64,000 nt of DNA from contig NC_043005.1 of assembly GCF_006345805.1 (NCBI RefSeq), forward strand, positions 16,306,001-16,370,000, in the 5' to 3' direction. Each line of letters starts with the position of its first letter. Position 1 is the stretch's first letter. Of the stretch, positions 38,386 to 51,100 are shown piece after piece. The notes beneath the pieces are model-generated. The model did not search any database. It worked only from the letters and a program-made list of their open reading frames with translations, and had not been told where the DNA came from. Made by a program: the position numbers and the translations under genes. This stretch comes from Octopus sinensis. Lineage: Eukaryota.

Positions 38386-38620
38386 CCTATTTCTTTACTG
38401 CCCACAAGGCGCTAAACACAGAGGGGACAAACAAGGACAGACAGACGGATTAAGTCGATTATATCGACCCAAGTGCATAACTGGTATTTAATTTATCGAC
38501 CCCGAAAGGATGAAAGGCAAAGTCGACCTCGGCGGAATTTGAACTCAGAACGTAACGGCAGACGAAATACGGCTACGCATTTCGCCCGGCGTGCTAACGT
38601 TTCTGCCAGCTCGCCGCCTT
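38386..38620 (-). mobile_element. Full-length SINE D with TSD
   Basis: aacttttggtaacc at 38374-38387 and 38622-38635. Confidence 0.92.
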
Positions 38621-39256
38621 CAACTTTTGGTAACCATGAGTAGGTCATTTCTCTGCAGGCACGAAAACCATAGTAATGCTGAGTGCTGCACTCTGTGTCT
38701 TCATGTAGATATTGAGACACAACTTGGTATTGTACACTAACACGGATGTCTGCTGCATTGAACACCATGGTGGCGAGAAACTTGATAGCAAACTAAATTG
38801 GCCTGTTACAAGATACTAGTACATATATTGTGGCTCCACATACTTGCACATATTTACACACACACGCGCGCACACATATATATTCATATACATACACACA
38901 TGCTCACACATAAACACATATAGGACGAGTGAAGTAAAGATATATTAATATTATGCAACGTAAATTCTTGATTTATTGCAACGATATCCGCTCCCAAAGA
39001 AGGATACGACAGTCGCATAGAAGCAACTGAGATAAACTCCAAATAAGAAGGGAAGATAATTTCAAGAACAGGAATTTCCCAAAATTGATATGCTTGTAAG
39101 GGAAAGACACTCTGATAGTCTGAGACAAGAGGACATCTGTGGGCATGGCTTTCTGCCTCAGTAGGTATGTAACTGTAAAAATATTCTATGCTGTCTCCAG
39201 TAGACGAGATGTGAGATACGCACTTTGTCTTATATAAAAATGAGAATACATTAATA

Positions 39257-40545
39257 CGAAGCGGTATCAAGAAGTTCCCGGACTAGTTCTGTAGCGCGCC
39301 AACTGATGGCAGCACACAGTTGTGTACGCAGTGAGAGCTAGTAGTGACCTTCATGAAGCAGTGTGTCAAGTGACATCGCTGTGTTTACTTTGAAGCTCTT
39401 TTACTCTTTTACTTGTTTCAGTCATTTGACTGTGGCCATGCTGGAGCACCGCTTTTAGTCGATGAAATCGACCCCAGGGCTTATTCTTTGTAAGCCCGGT
39501 ACTTATTCTTTCGGTCTCTTTTGCCGAACCGCTAAGTTACGGGGACATAAACACATCAGCATCGGTTGTCAAGCGATGTTGGGGAGGGGGACAAATACAG
39601 ACACACAAATATAAACACACACACACATATATATATACATATATACGACGGGCTTCTTTCAGTTTCCGTCTACCAAATCCACTCACAAGGCTCTGGTCGG
39701 CCCGAGGCTATAGCAGAAGATACTTGCCCAAGGTGCCACGCAGTGGGACTGAACCCGAAGCCATGTGGTTGGTAAACAAGCTACTTACTACACAGCCACG
39801 GGAAATTTGTTTTTATGCTCACGTGTATGATGACGTCAGCGATTTTTGTCATGGACAGGAACAAAGAGCCAACGTGAAATTTTGCGTTAAACTTGGAAAG
39901 TCTGCTACAGAGGCATTGAAGATGCTTCGGCAATGGATCGTATGCAGTGTTTCGAGTAGCATGGATGCTTCAAAAGCAGAAGAAAGTTCCTGGAAAACCT
40001 GCTACGCGCGTTACCCCCGGAAATGTGATATTGTTAATCAAGAATTTGTCCCCCCATTCTTAATCAAGAATTCGGTCTCCCAGGGCCAAACCATCAATCA
40101 AGAGTTCTACTGCGACGTTTTGAAGCGTTCAAAGGAGGATATTCGGTGAAAGTGACCGGATCCGTAGAGCACGACGACAATGCACCCTGTCACCGATCTC
40201 TCCTCACTCGTGAGTTTCTCGCCAAAAGCAACACTGTAATGTTTCTGCAGCCGCCATATTTGCCAGATTTAACACATGCCGACTTCCATCTCTTCCCCAA
40301 AATGAAAATTCAGCTCAAAGGTCGCCGTTTTAACACCGTTGTCCAGAGCCAGAGCGAATTGTAGAATTTTTTTAAAACGCTTACGGAAAACGATTTCCAG
40401 ACTGGATTCCAAAAGTGGCAGGATCGTGGAACCGGAGTGTTGCTGCGCAAGGTAACTATTTCGAAGGAGATGGTGTTTAAACTTAGGTAAATAAGTTATG
40501 TTTTATTAAACATAGCTAGTCTTGGAACTTTTTGATGCCACCTTG
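39257..40545 (+). mobile_element. Internally deleted mariner with a nested SINE B
   Basis: TIRs TA-cgaagcggtatcaagaagttcccggactag / ctagtcttggaactttttgatgccaccttg-TA. Transposase relics include QRANVKFCVKLGKSATEA, HDDNAPCH and PPYLPDLTHADFHLFPKMK. Confidence 0.88.
39395..39800 (-). mobile_element. SINE B inserted in the mariner
   Basis: Reverse complement of the B consensus from tail (cttttactcttttacttg) to head. Confidence 0.88.
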
Positions 40546-40959
40546 TACATTGCATAATTTAAACAAAAAAAAAAGCTAATTGTAATAACTTAGAGTGGCG
40601 AATGGCATATACTTGAGCTTCTATTAGCAAGAAATTCTGAAATAAATTAAATAATGTCATACATATATTCGCTTATATGTATACATTAGAGAACCGCTCA
40701 CAGATCTACACATCATCATCATTATCATTATCACCACTGTTGCATATTCCACGATTGATGTCCCCTCTCCGCTGATTAGTTTATGTAAACAAGATTAAGA
40801 GAAAATGTAAACTGGAACGCTAGAAGTCCTTAAAAGAGACTGACCATGATGTAACATGAAAAAATAGACAGACGAAAAGGAGGGATTCATCACAAGTCCT
40901 AGATTGAAGCTGGACAAATATATGACGTCATATAAATTTTACATCTTTGTAGAACATGA

Positions 40960-41210
40960 GACATCAAGCTGTACAACTTGGCAGACAGAATGAGCCGACA
41001 TATTTGGAAGAGATTGACATGTTTGACAAAAATTAACATATTTGACAGAAATTGACATGTTTGACAGAAAATTACATGTTTGACGGCGATTGACATATTT
41101 GGCAGAACTTGACATGTGACAGAGATTAACATGTTTAACAGAGATTGGCATGTTTGAGAGAGATTGACATGTTTGAGAGAGATTGACGTGTTTGACAGAG
41201 ACTGACATAA
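40960..41210. repeat. ~20-bp minisatellite (ttgacatgtttgacagaaa-like)
   Basis: About 11 diverged units read directly. Confidence 0.8.
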
Positions 41211-41329
41211 TAGTGGCGTCAAATCATGTATCTTCACGGGAAGAACATGAAATGAAGTCACAGCACACAAATTCATGGAACATAGGACGTTAGACCGCAC
41301 GTCTTCACGTGAGGTAACATTTCACGCTG

Positions 41330-41760
41330 CGTCACAGGACACATTTTGATAGAAAATGTGACATCTGGTCTGACATCTTGACATAAGGGATCATTTAACG
41401 CTACAAGTTTTGACAGAGCGCGCAACATCATAGTTTACATTGCGGTATAATATAATAATTAATGTGACCCCACAACACACATCTCAACAAAGCATACGAT
41501 ATGAGACTGCACGTCATAACGTTATAGATCATTAGGCGTGACGTCACATTACACATCTTGACAGAACACGCAACGTCATAGTTGACATCCTTACATAATA
41601 AAGAACGACTGATGTGACGTCACAACACATTCCTTGACAACATAAACGTCGAACTTGACATCTTAGCATAATATAAAACAATTACTGTGTTGTCACATTA
41701 CACAACCTAGAACATGTTCCGTCATACGACGCACTTTGACGTAATGGCACACTTAGCCCA
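41330..41760. repeat. Degenerate ~75-bp tandem array
   Basis: The anchor gtgacgtcac..acacat.cttgaca recurs near 41464, 41539, 41614 and 41688. Confidence 0.6.
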
Positions 41761-42120
41761 ACGTCACAGAAGACAACATATTCAGGCTGCACGTCACGAC
41801 AGACAGCACGAAATAACAGAAATGATGACCTCATAGTTTGCATTTTAACTGAAGTGGTGATATTACTTTTCTAGCTGGGGTGACTTTAAACTGCAGATGT
41901 TAGCAAAATGCCGTAATAAATGAAATTCTTTTATCTTCGTCTAAGAGATTTCCGGAGTGAAACATTAGAAGCTGCTTTAAAATTTTACAAGGCAACATTT
42001 CAGTGTATACATTGTTCCTGATCTGCTAACAGTAAATCTTTGCACTATTTCTCGATATGGTAGAATTAACAGCAAAGTCTCCTACGTATATGCAACACAC
42101 AGATACAGACATACACACAC

Positions 42121-42390
42121 ACACACACACACACGCACTCCACATAAGCGTACAAATAAGCGTATAAATATACATATGTACATATACACACGCCCATGCA
42201 CTTACGAACAAATTCACTAACCCACAAATTCAGGCATACACACACACACCACACACACACACACGCACTCCACATAAGCGTACAAATAAGCGTATAAATA
42301 TACATATGTACATATACACACGCCCATGCACTTACGAACAAATTCACTAACCCACAAATTCAGGCATACACACACACACACACACACCAC
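42121..42390. repeat. ~125-bp direct tandem duplication bounded by (CA)n
   Basis: cacgcactccacataagcgtacaaataagcg..cacaaattcaggcatacacac occurs twice. Confidence 0.9.
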
Positions 42391-42497
42391 ACACACACAA
42401 ATATCAGACAAGTAAGCGCTCAAACGTACATATGCACACACGTTCTCACCCATGCACACACAACCACTTACACGGCATGCAGACGCGCATAGACACT

Positions 42498-42600
42498 GGT
42501 CTGATCAATAAGTATCCGGACTGTTGCCATAGTAACGAAGCTCAAGCATGCAGAGTAAAACCGCTCGGTACAAACTGACCTTCAGCTCTGCTATGCGCGT
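42498..42600 (+). mobile_element. Orphan 5' end of a mariner family
   Basis: ggtctgatcaataagtatccggactgttgccatagtaacgaag matches the ends of 42918-43804. Confidence 0.75.
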
Positions 42601-42727
42601 ATCTGTGTTTGACAGAACGTGTCTTTGTGTGTAAATGTAAATGAGTTTCATATATGAATCCGTGTCTGAGCGTTTGCATGTATGTGTGTGTATATATATA
42701 CATATATATATATATAATATATATATA

Positions 42728-42766
<39 letters not shown>

Positions 42767-42767
42767 G

Positions 42768-42917
42768 GGAGAGTTTACGAAAAAACAAAAGACGAAGACA
42801 GGTGGTGTACAATACAAACAGATGTATTAGTATAACGCTCAGGAATAGAAAAAGTCTTTTACGTTTCGAGCCTACGCTCTTCTACAGAAAGGGACACAGA
42901 AAAAATCAAGGAAAGAA
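42768..42917 (-). mobile_element. Penelope-like terminal fragment
   Basis: Aligns with 11047-11220; abuts a (TA)n tract. Confidence 0.6.
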
Positions 42918-43804
42918 ACAAAGGTCTGATCAATAAGTATCCGAATTGTTGCCATCGTAACGAAGCTAAAACATGCAGAGTGAAACCGCTTGGCAAAGAT
43001 TGAAACTTAACTCTGCTGTGCATGCGCACTAAGTTTTAACGTTCTAGCTCACTTCCGCTGTTTATAGTAGTGCTTGCAATGAAGGTTTGTAGCGTGTGAT
43101 CGTCGCATTGACCATGATAGAGAAAGTTGAGCAGAGAATCTGCATCAAATTTTGCCAAAAGCTTGGTGATACCTGCTCAGAGTCCTACACAAGTTTTCAA
43201 AAAGTTTTTATCCTTCTCGACACAATCAAGGAGATCTTGTGCAACTAAAACCCGAGTGTCATTTTTGGTCAGCTGAAAGTAGTTTTGGCACAAACTTGGC
43301 AGACATGCGTCCCATACCCAAATCTTCATTGATAATGGAGTGAACTGAGCCGTAACTAATTTACACATCCTCTGATAACTCCGGGATGGTGATTCGACGT
43401 TTTCCCCTCACATCTGCGATGTTTTTCTCAGTTCTGCTGGTTGCGAATCTCCCAAAACATTTGTCAATATCGACATTTTTTTGGCCATTTTGGAAACGTC
43501 TGAACCGCTCTTACACTTGTCTGTGGGTCATACACTCTTCTCCATACACTTTCTGCAACTTTGCTTTGGCCCCTGAGCAGGTATCACCATAACAGCTTTC
43601 TTTGTCATGGTCGATTCGACGATCACACGCTACACACCTTCCTTCCACGCACTGCCGTAAACAGCAGAAGTGAGCTAGAACGTTAAAACTTAGTGTGCAT
43701 GCACAACAGAGCTCAAGGTCAGTCTTTACCGAGCAGTTTCACTCTGTGTGATTTAGCTTCGTTACTATGGCAACAGCCCGGATACTCATTGATCAGAGCT
43801 CTCA
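42918..43804. mobile_element. Mariner derivative made of two inward-facing 5' ends
   Basis: The + arm carries a TIR and MIEKVEQRICIKFCQKLGDTCSE. The - arm carries a TIR and the N-terminal transposase through MSAKFVPKLLS..VAQDLLDCVEKDKNF. The junction is near 43200. Confidence 0.8.
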
Positions 43805-43851
43805 TATATACACATACACACGCAAACACTCAGACACGGTTTCTTATATGA

Positions 43852-44087
43852 AAGGCGGCGAGCTGGCAGAAACGTTAGCACGCCAGGCGAAATGCCTAGT
43901 CGCATTTCGTCTGCCGTTACGTTCTGCGTTCAAATTCCGCTGAGGTCGACTTTGCCTTTCATCCTTTCGGGGTCGATTAAATAAGTACCAGTTACGCACT
44001 GGGGTCGATATAACCGACTTAATCCGTTTGTCTGTCCTTCTTTGTCCCCCTCTGTGTTTAGCCCCTTGTGGGTAGTAAAGAAATAGG
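43852..44087 (+). mobile_element. Full-length SINE D with TSD
   Basis: ggtttcttatatgaaa at 43838-43853 and 44086-44101. Confidence 0.92.
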
Positions 44088-44598
44088 TTTCTTATATGAA
44101 ACTCACGCACAACGCATACACACACATACACACGCATACACATGCATATACATGCGTACACTCACACACAAACATGCATGCGCAGTTTCACATACGAATA
44201 TAAACAAACTTTAACACAGAAAGTTACAAACGCATACAAGCATATAAATTAATAAATGCACGTGCACAAACGCACAAGCACACACATTCACACACCCCGC
44301 AATCCCATACATCCATACGCTCATTTACATATGCATGTACATCCATGCGTAAATGCGCGCAACCAAACACACACGGGTAGACATGCATAAATACAGATAC
44401 ACGAGTATGTTTGCCCATTCGCACGAACACACGTTCACGGCCGACAGGTGTTATCAGAGAACCAGATAGAATACTTTCAAGGGTTCATACTGAATCCTTG
44501 CATCCTGGGTTCAAATGCCGCTGAGATCAACTTGGCCATTCATCTTTTTTTCAGAGATCGATAAATAAAGTACTAGTTAACTGTTTGGTATCAATTCA

Positions 44599-44643
<45 letters not shown>

Positions 44644-44724
44644 CAGACACTCACTCACTCTGTCATAGATACATATGTATGTATATATGTATGCGTGTAT
44701 GAAGGTACGTATACACATACATAT

Positions 44725-45720
44725 AGTCAGTTAGTTAGTTAGTTAGTTAATTTGGCTCAAAAGCAAATAGCAAGGCCATGTAGGGGGACATGGAGTTAAG
44801 TACAGGGTGGTGTTCATGTAAAGAGTTCAGGCCACTTGAGGTCCAGGGAGGCTTTGAACAAAGCGGTCGTTGGCATCTTCACCATCTCATCTGGCAGCTT
44901 GTTCCACGGATCCGCAACCCGGACGGAGAAAGCTCCTCTCCTTCGATTGAGATGAAATCGTCGCAGGTAGAGCTTTTCGGAATGACCCCGCAGCCGACGC
45001 TCCGGAGCAGGAGTGAAGAACAGCTCTTTCGAGAGGTTACACTTCCCGCTTATGATGTTGTGGGCGAGAATGAGATCACCACGGCGGCGGCGTTTTTCAA
45101 GAGAATAAAGGTCGAGCGTCCTCAGCCTTTCTTCGTAGGACAAATTTTTGAGACCATGAACCAGGCAGGTAGCAGCCTCTGGACTCTTTCGAGGTGCTGT
45201 ATGTCTTTGAGGAGATAAGGAGAAGAGGCTTGAATCCCATACTCCAATATGGGTCTCACCAGCGTGACATAGAGTGGCAGGAATATGGCTGCTGTGAGCA
45301 CTCCGAATGACCGTCGAATCAAAAACAGAATTCCGCGCGCTTTGTTGGCAGCATGGACGCACTGGCCGAAGGCGAAAAGGAGGAATCCACCAAGATACCA
45401 GGTCCTTTACCTGATCGGTCCTCTCCAGCAGCAGACGACCCGGCTCGAAATCAAGTTGAGTTGCAGGAGTAGAGCCGACAGGCAGATGACAGCACTTTGA
45501 CACGTTCAGACACAGGTCCCAATCGTTAGACCACTTCCAATTTGGTGGAGGCATCGACGAAGATCCTCTATACTACCGCGAGGAGCGACCAGTTTGATAT
45601 CGTCGGCAAATATAAGGGTGTGTTGCGTGAGGTCGTCGGGCAAGTCATTTATGAAGACTAAGAACAACAAGGGCCCAAGCACTGAACCTTGAGGCACGCC
45701 ACTGCTCGCACTGGAGACGT
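44725..45720 (-). mobile_element. 5'-truncated CR1-clade LINE (RT C-terminus, 3' UTR, (TAAC)n tail)
   Basis: [48 protein letters not shown] and LSYEERLRTLDLYSLEKRRRRGDLI..LRGHSEKL..FSVRVADPWNKLP; frameshifted. Confidence 0.92.
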
Positions 45721-45799
45721 CGGACGCATACACATGCATACACACATACATACATGCATGTGTGTGTGTGTGTGTGAGTGTGTGTGTGCTTGTATGCAA

Positions 45800-46195
45800 G
45801 TATGGCTGTGTGGTAAGAAGCTTGCTTCCCAACCACATGGCTCCGGGTTCATTCCCACTGCGTGGTACCTTGGGCAAGTGTCTTCTACTATAGCCCCGGG
45901 CCGACCAAAGCCTTGTGAGTGGATTTGGTGGACAGAAACTGGCGGCACGCTGTGTCCTTGAGCAAGACACTTTATTTCACGTTGCTTCAGTACTCTCTGT
46001 ACTGAGTCGTACTTGTATTTCAAAGGGCCAGCCATGACACATTCTGTGTCACTCTGAATCCTTCTGAGAACTACATTAAGGACATCCATGACTGTGGAGT
46101 GCTCAACATCTTTCACGTTGATATTATGAGCAGGTTGTTCAGTTGATCGGATCAACTGGAACCCTTGTCATCGTCGTAATCGACGGAGTACCAAT
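45800..46195 (+). mobile_element. Chimeric SINE: B head (45800-45940) fused to an A1-type body
   Basis: The B sequence ends at ..ggacagaaact and continues as gctgtgtccttgagcaagacactttatttcacg through cgacggagtacc. Confidence 0.75.
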
Positions 46196-46490
46196 TTTTC
46201 ATATTTTTGTTGTTGTTGTTGTTGTTTTTTGTATTTGTGGTGGTGGTTGTTGCGTTGCCAAGCTTCACTCCTGATTGTCAGCAGCAGCAGAAGCAGTTTT
46301 GTCATCGCCATCATTACTATGGCAATGTCGTCTTTGTCTTCGTCGTCATCCTCATCATTGCGAACATCATCATCATCAACATCATCTTCAGCATCATCAT
46401 CATCATCATCATCACCATCATTATCAATACGATAAATTCATTGATGTCCCCCAAACCTCCACCCACTCAGCCATGGAATCGAACGAACAG

Positions 46491-46727
46491 AAGGCGGCGA
46501 GTTGGCAGAATCGTTAGCACGCTGGGCGAAATGCTTAGCGGTATTTCGTCTGCCGCTACGTTCTGAGTTCAAATTCCGCCGAGGTCGACTTTGCCTTTCA
46601 TCCTTTCGGGGTCGATTAAATAAAGTACCAGTTACGCACTGGGGTCGATATAATCGACTTAATCCGTTTGTCTGTCCTTGTTTGTCCTCTCTCTGTGTAG
46701 CCCCCTTGTGGGCAGTAAAGAAATAGG
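46491..46727 (+). mobile_element. Full-length SINE D with TSD
   Basis: ggaatcgaacga on both flanks (from 46475 and from 46726). Confidence 0.9.
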
Positions 46728-47035
46728 AATCGAACGACGTCACCGCCCCCACCTCAATTGCAAACCTAACTCCAACACCACACCGACTGCACCACCATGA
46801 CTATTACTACATCAGTGTGACGGACACTTTCAATACCACCACCACCACCACCACCATCACCACAAGCATCTTCACAAATACCTTTGACATTACCACTACC
46901 CATCACTAATACGCTACCACCAACACCACCACTAACACTAACACCACCACTACCATTAACACCACCACTACCACCACCACCACCACCACCGCCGCCATCA
47001 TCACCGCCACCACCATCACCACCAACACCATCACC

Positions 47036-47315
47036 ACCACCACTATCATCACCACCATGACCGCCATCACCACCACTGCTACCATCACCACCACCACTAT
47101 CATCACCACCATGACCGCCATCACCACCACTGCTACCATCACCACCACCACTATCATCACCACCATGACCGCCATCACCACCACTGCTACCATCACCACC
47201 ACCACTATCATCACCACCATGACCGCCATCACCACCACTGCTACCATCACCACCACCACTATCATCACCACCATGACCGCCATCACCACCACTGCTACCA
47301 TCACCACCACCTCCA
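47036..47315. repeat. 54-bp tandem repeat, five essentially perfect units
   Basis: ATG anchors at 47057, 47111, 47165, 47219 and 47273. Confidence 0.9.
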
Positions 47316-47858
47316 CCTCCACCACCACCACCATTACCCTACAGCTGCACTGTAATTACAAGCGTCACCCCTACCTCAATAAAGACTGCAGAATGATAGA
47401 ATGAATGATAGAAATTGCAGTTGGCTTGCACTGGCTGCGGTGGTGCCATCTAGTGCAAAGTCTGGAACTAGAATCTCGGCCTAGATTTGTTCCGCCATAT
47501 AACAAAATCCTGCTAAGCAAATTTGTGTGTGCATGTGTATGTGTGTGTGTGTGTGTGTATTTGCGTGTATATGCAAAGGAATTTGCATATTTAATATACA
47601 TACACACAGTAATCCCTCACCAGTTTGTTATTTAACTTTCTGGCGATTTTACCGTGGTGTTGCATTGCATTTATAACTAAAATAAATATATACAAATGAA
47701 AAATTGATTTAAATAAAAAAAACATAGGGTACAGTAGTACTGTTTCAACTTCGCGGATTTCCATCTATCGCGGGGCGTTTTGGGACGTAACACTCGCGAT
47801 AGTCGGGGGATTACTATATGTATTTATATACACACATATATATATATATACATTCACA

Positions 47859-47969
<111 letters not shown>

Positions 47970-48350
47970 ATATATATATATCTAATGAAGGATAAAATTT
48001 TTTTCGAAAAAAATTCTTTTCCCAAAAAAGTTTATCAATGGCCAGCGTATCAAAAAATACCTTTAAAGGTTAAATCTATAAACAATTCATAAATAAGGGC
48101 AAACGAAAACATTTCTAATGCCAGATATGCCGAAAAATTAGACATATTGTCCATTAACCATATAATTTTTTCACAATATGCACGCTACTCGAAAAAAGGT
48201 CGACAGAAATTTCTAAAAAATTCCATTATTACCATATCGGACCGATTTCAGGGTTAGCTTATAACAGCCCTTCCTTCGACTGTGATACATGTGGCAAAAG
48301 AAATAAATGAGATACTTACTCATACCCACCGTTTGCCTTTATTTATGAAT

Positions 48351-48381
<31 letters not shown>

Positions 48382-48578
48382 GTTCTCTTACTTTATTATC
48401 ATCTTATAATCATCTCATAATGACTCTTATGACTCTTATTACTACCTCAGTCCATCTAAATGTATATATTTGGCGTTACCTTTCATAAAAAGCCTTTTTT
48501 TATTTGCAGTGTGCATTTTCGTTGATTTTTCATATTTCCACGTGTATTTTTTATTTTATTTTTGTAACATATTTCTAC

Positions 48579-48612
<34 letters not shown>

Positions 48613-48873
48613 ATATATGTGGTGTCCTGTACTCATATATATATATGTATGCATGTATATATACATGTAGATGTAGGTATGTACACATATGTATGTATAT
48701 ATGCATATATTTTATCTATTTATTATATTACTATATGACCGAACGCACGCGTTATTTCTCTATTTCTCTTCTCCAAGTTTATATATATATATATATTTAT
48801 GTATGTATGTATGTATGTATGTATGTAGTATGTATGTATGTAGTATGTATGTATGTATGTATGTATGTATGTA

Positions 48874-49275
<402 letters not shown>

Positions 49276-49545
49276 GAGTATTTCTACATCCGGCATTCAG
49301 ATGGAATGTCATCACATATGCTAGTTAAACCACAGGTGACACGCTGACAGGTGTTACTACACTCTAGGTCAAACTGGATCTGGGAACAATAATGGCTAAC
49401 AGGTGGTTCCTAGAAAGGTACTGACCATCACTGGCAACATCTATATTAACAATGACACTGATAGGATTTATGTGAGACGAATTGATGGCGGTAGAGGCAT
49501 AAGATAAGTCCAAACAACCTTTGAATGTTGCATTGTATCCCTGTT

Positions 49546-49935
49546 GTGGAGGCGCAATGGCCCAGTGGTTAGGGCAGCGGACTCGCGGTCATAGGATCGC
49601 GGTTTCGATTCCCTGACCGGGCATTGTGAGTGTTTATTGAGCGAAAACACCTAAAGTTCCACGAGGCTCCGGCAGAGGATGGTGGTGATCCCTGCTGTAC
49701 TCTTTCACCACAACTTTCTCTCACTCTTACTTCCTGTTTCTGTTGTACCTGTATTTCAAGGGGCCGGCCTTGTCACTCTCTGTGTCACGCTGAATATCCC
49801 CGAGAACTACGTTAAGGGTGCACGTGTCTGTGGAGTGCTCAGCCACTTACACGTTAATTTCACGAGCAGGCTGTTCCGTTGATTCGGATCAACCGGAACC
49901 CTCATCGTCGTAACTGACGGAGTACTTCCTTCCCC
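49546..49935 (+). mobile_element. SINE A2 with a 12-bp TSD
   Basis: tgtatccctgtt at 49534-49545 and 49936-49947. Confidence 0.92.
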
Positions 49936-49949
49936 TGTATCCCTGTTAA

Positions 49950-51000
49950 ACAGGACCTGTTGAACAATAAAGAAAGAAATGAGTATATTCCATGCATATT
50001 CAGAAGTGAGAGCAACAACATCTTCAGAGCTAGAAACTACTGAGGAGGTACTCTGAGAATACAACTGTCTCATGCGCCCCAAAGGAGGCTGGACTGGACT
50101 ACCGAAACAGATGCTTGGTGGAGTATCAGGCACCATACCAGCAAAAAGTAATGCATGGGTACATATTCTGTAAGCTAGAGGCTAACTATTGACTATTAAT
50201 TCTGCCATGACGGGAAACCATTGGGCCGGCGGATTTCCAAGATATAGCCCCCCATATCATCACAGATCCTCCTCCATATTTAGCAGTTAGAAAAAGGTAG
50301 TCTGGGTCATATGCTTCTTTTGGCTGTCTCTACATGTATACTCGACCGGTGGTCAGAAATAAGGTAAAGTATGACTCGTCCGAGAAAATAACAACAGCAT
50401 TGGCAGGAAAAGTAGCCTCTCTTGTACCTGCGATAGATACATTACATCTCACCTAGAAGTATATACCTTCGCTGAACCAGAATAGAAGATGACTACTAAA
50501 TACCTAATAAACAAGAGGGACAAAGATACCGCCAAGCCTCTACGCTGTGTTAGAAAATGTCGGCTATGCTATACCAGAGTGGAAGATATCACCCACGTCA
50601 TCAGCAGCAGCCCCAAAGTGTCTACGAGATACTACCGGAAGCATGATATAATCGCAAAGACTATTTACAGCGCCATCCGCAGGAAGGATTGCTCTGATGT
50701 ATATATATCAAAGGCGTGTCGGAATCAGCATGCATTCACACCTTTGAAAACAAGGAATTCTGGTGGAACACTTCAATAAAAACAATTCTGTACAAACATA
50801 ACAGATCTGATATTGTTCTGTGGACAGGAAGTAAAAGTCATACACAGATGTAGAAGTCAGGTGCCCAGCGGATGTGAATGGAGCATCAAAGGTCCTGGAA
50901 AAAGAGAACATTTGTGGTGAATTAATGCGGATTGAAGGTTCCTGTAACCTGACTATAAATTCTCATTTGTATTTATCACCATAGGTACATCAGGGTATGT
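49950..51000 (+). mobile_element. Relic of a restriction-like-endonuclease non-LTR retrotransposon (R4/NeSL-type C-terminus)
   Basis: KVMHGYI; TTKYLINKR..KCRLCYTRVEDITHVISSSPK..RKHDIIAKTIY (decayed CCHC knuckle); WWNTSIKT..HNRSDIVLW..VEVRCPADVN..EKE (PD..D-type RLE). Confidence 0.75.
50265..50395 (-). mobile_element. Small Tc1 internal fragment
   Basis: ctctacatgtatactcgaccggtggtcagaaataaggtaaagtatgactcgtccgagaaaataac matches 51343-51412. Confidence 0.7.
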
Positions 51001-51100
51001 ACAGATTTGCACAAAATTTAGTGGCACAGAGAATATTTGTAAAACAAATGGATGGATTGACAGAATGCATGTATGTATGCATACAAGTTATGTATATATA

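Noticed and set aside
44814-45554. 246-aa ORF (the longest non-repetitive ORF) as a host gene
   Set aside because: Its C-terminal half is CR1 ORF2; the N-terminal half is an off-frame reading of the same LINE.
47720-47817. Short Tigger/pogo-like MITE ends (also near 54670-54757 and 57833-57915)
   Set aside because: The TIRs are too degenerate to delimit or classify by eye.
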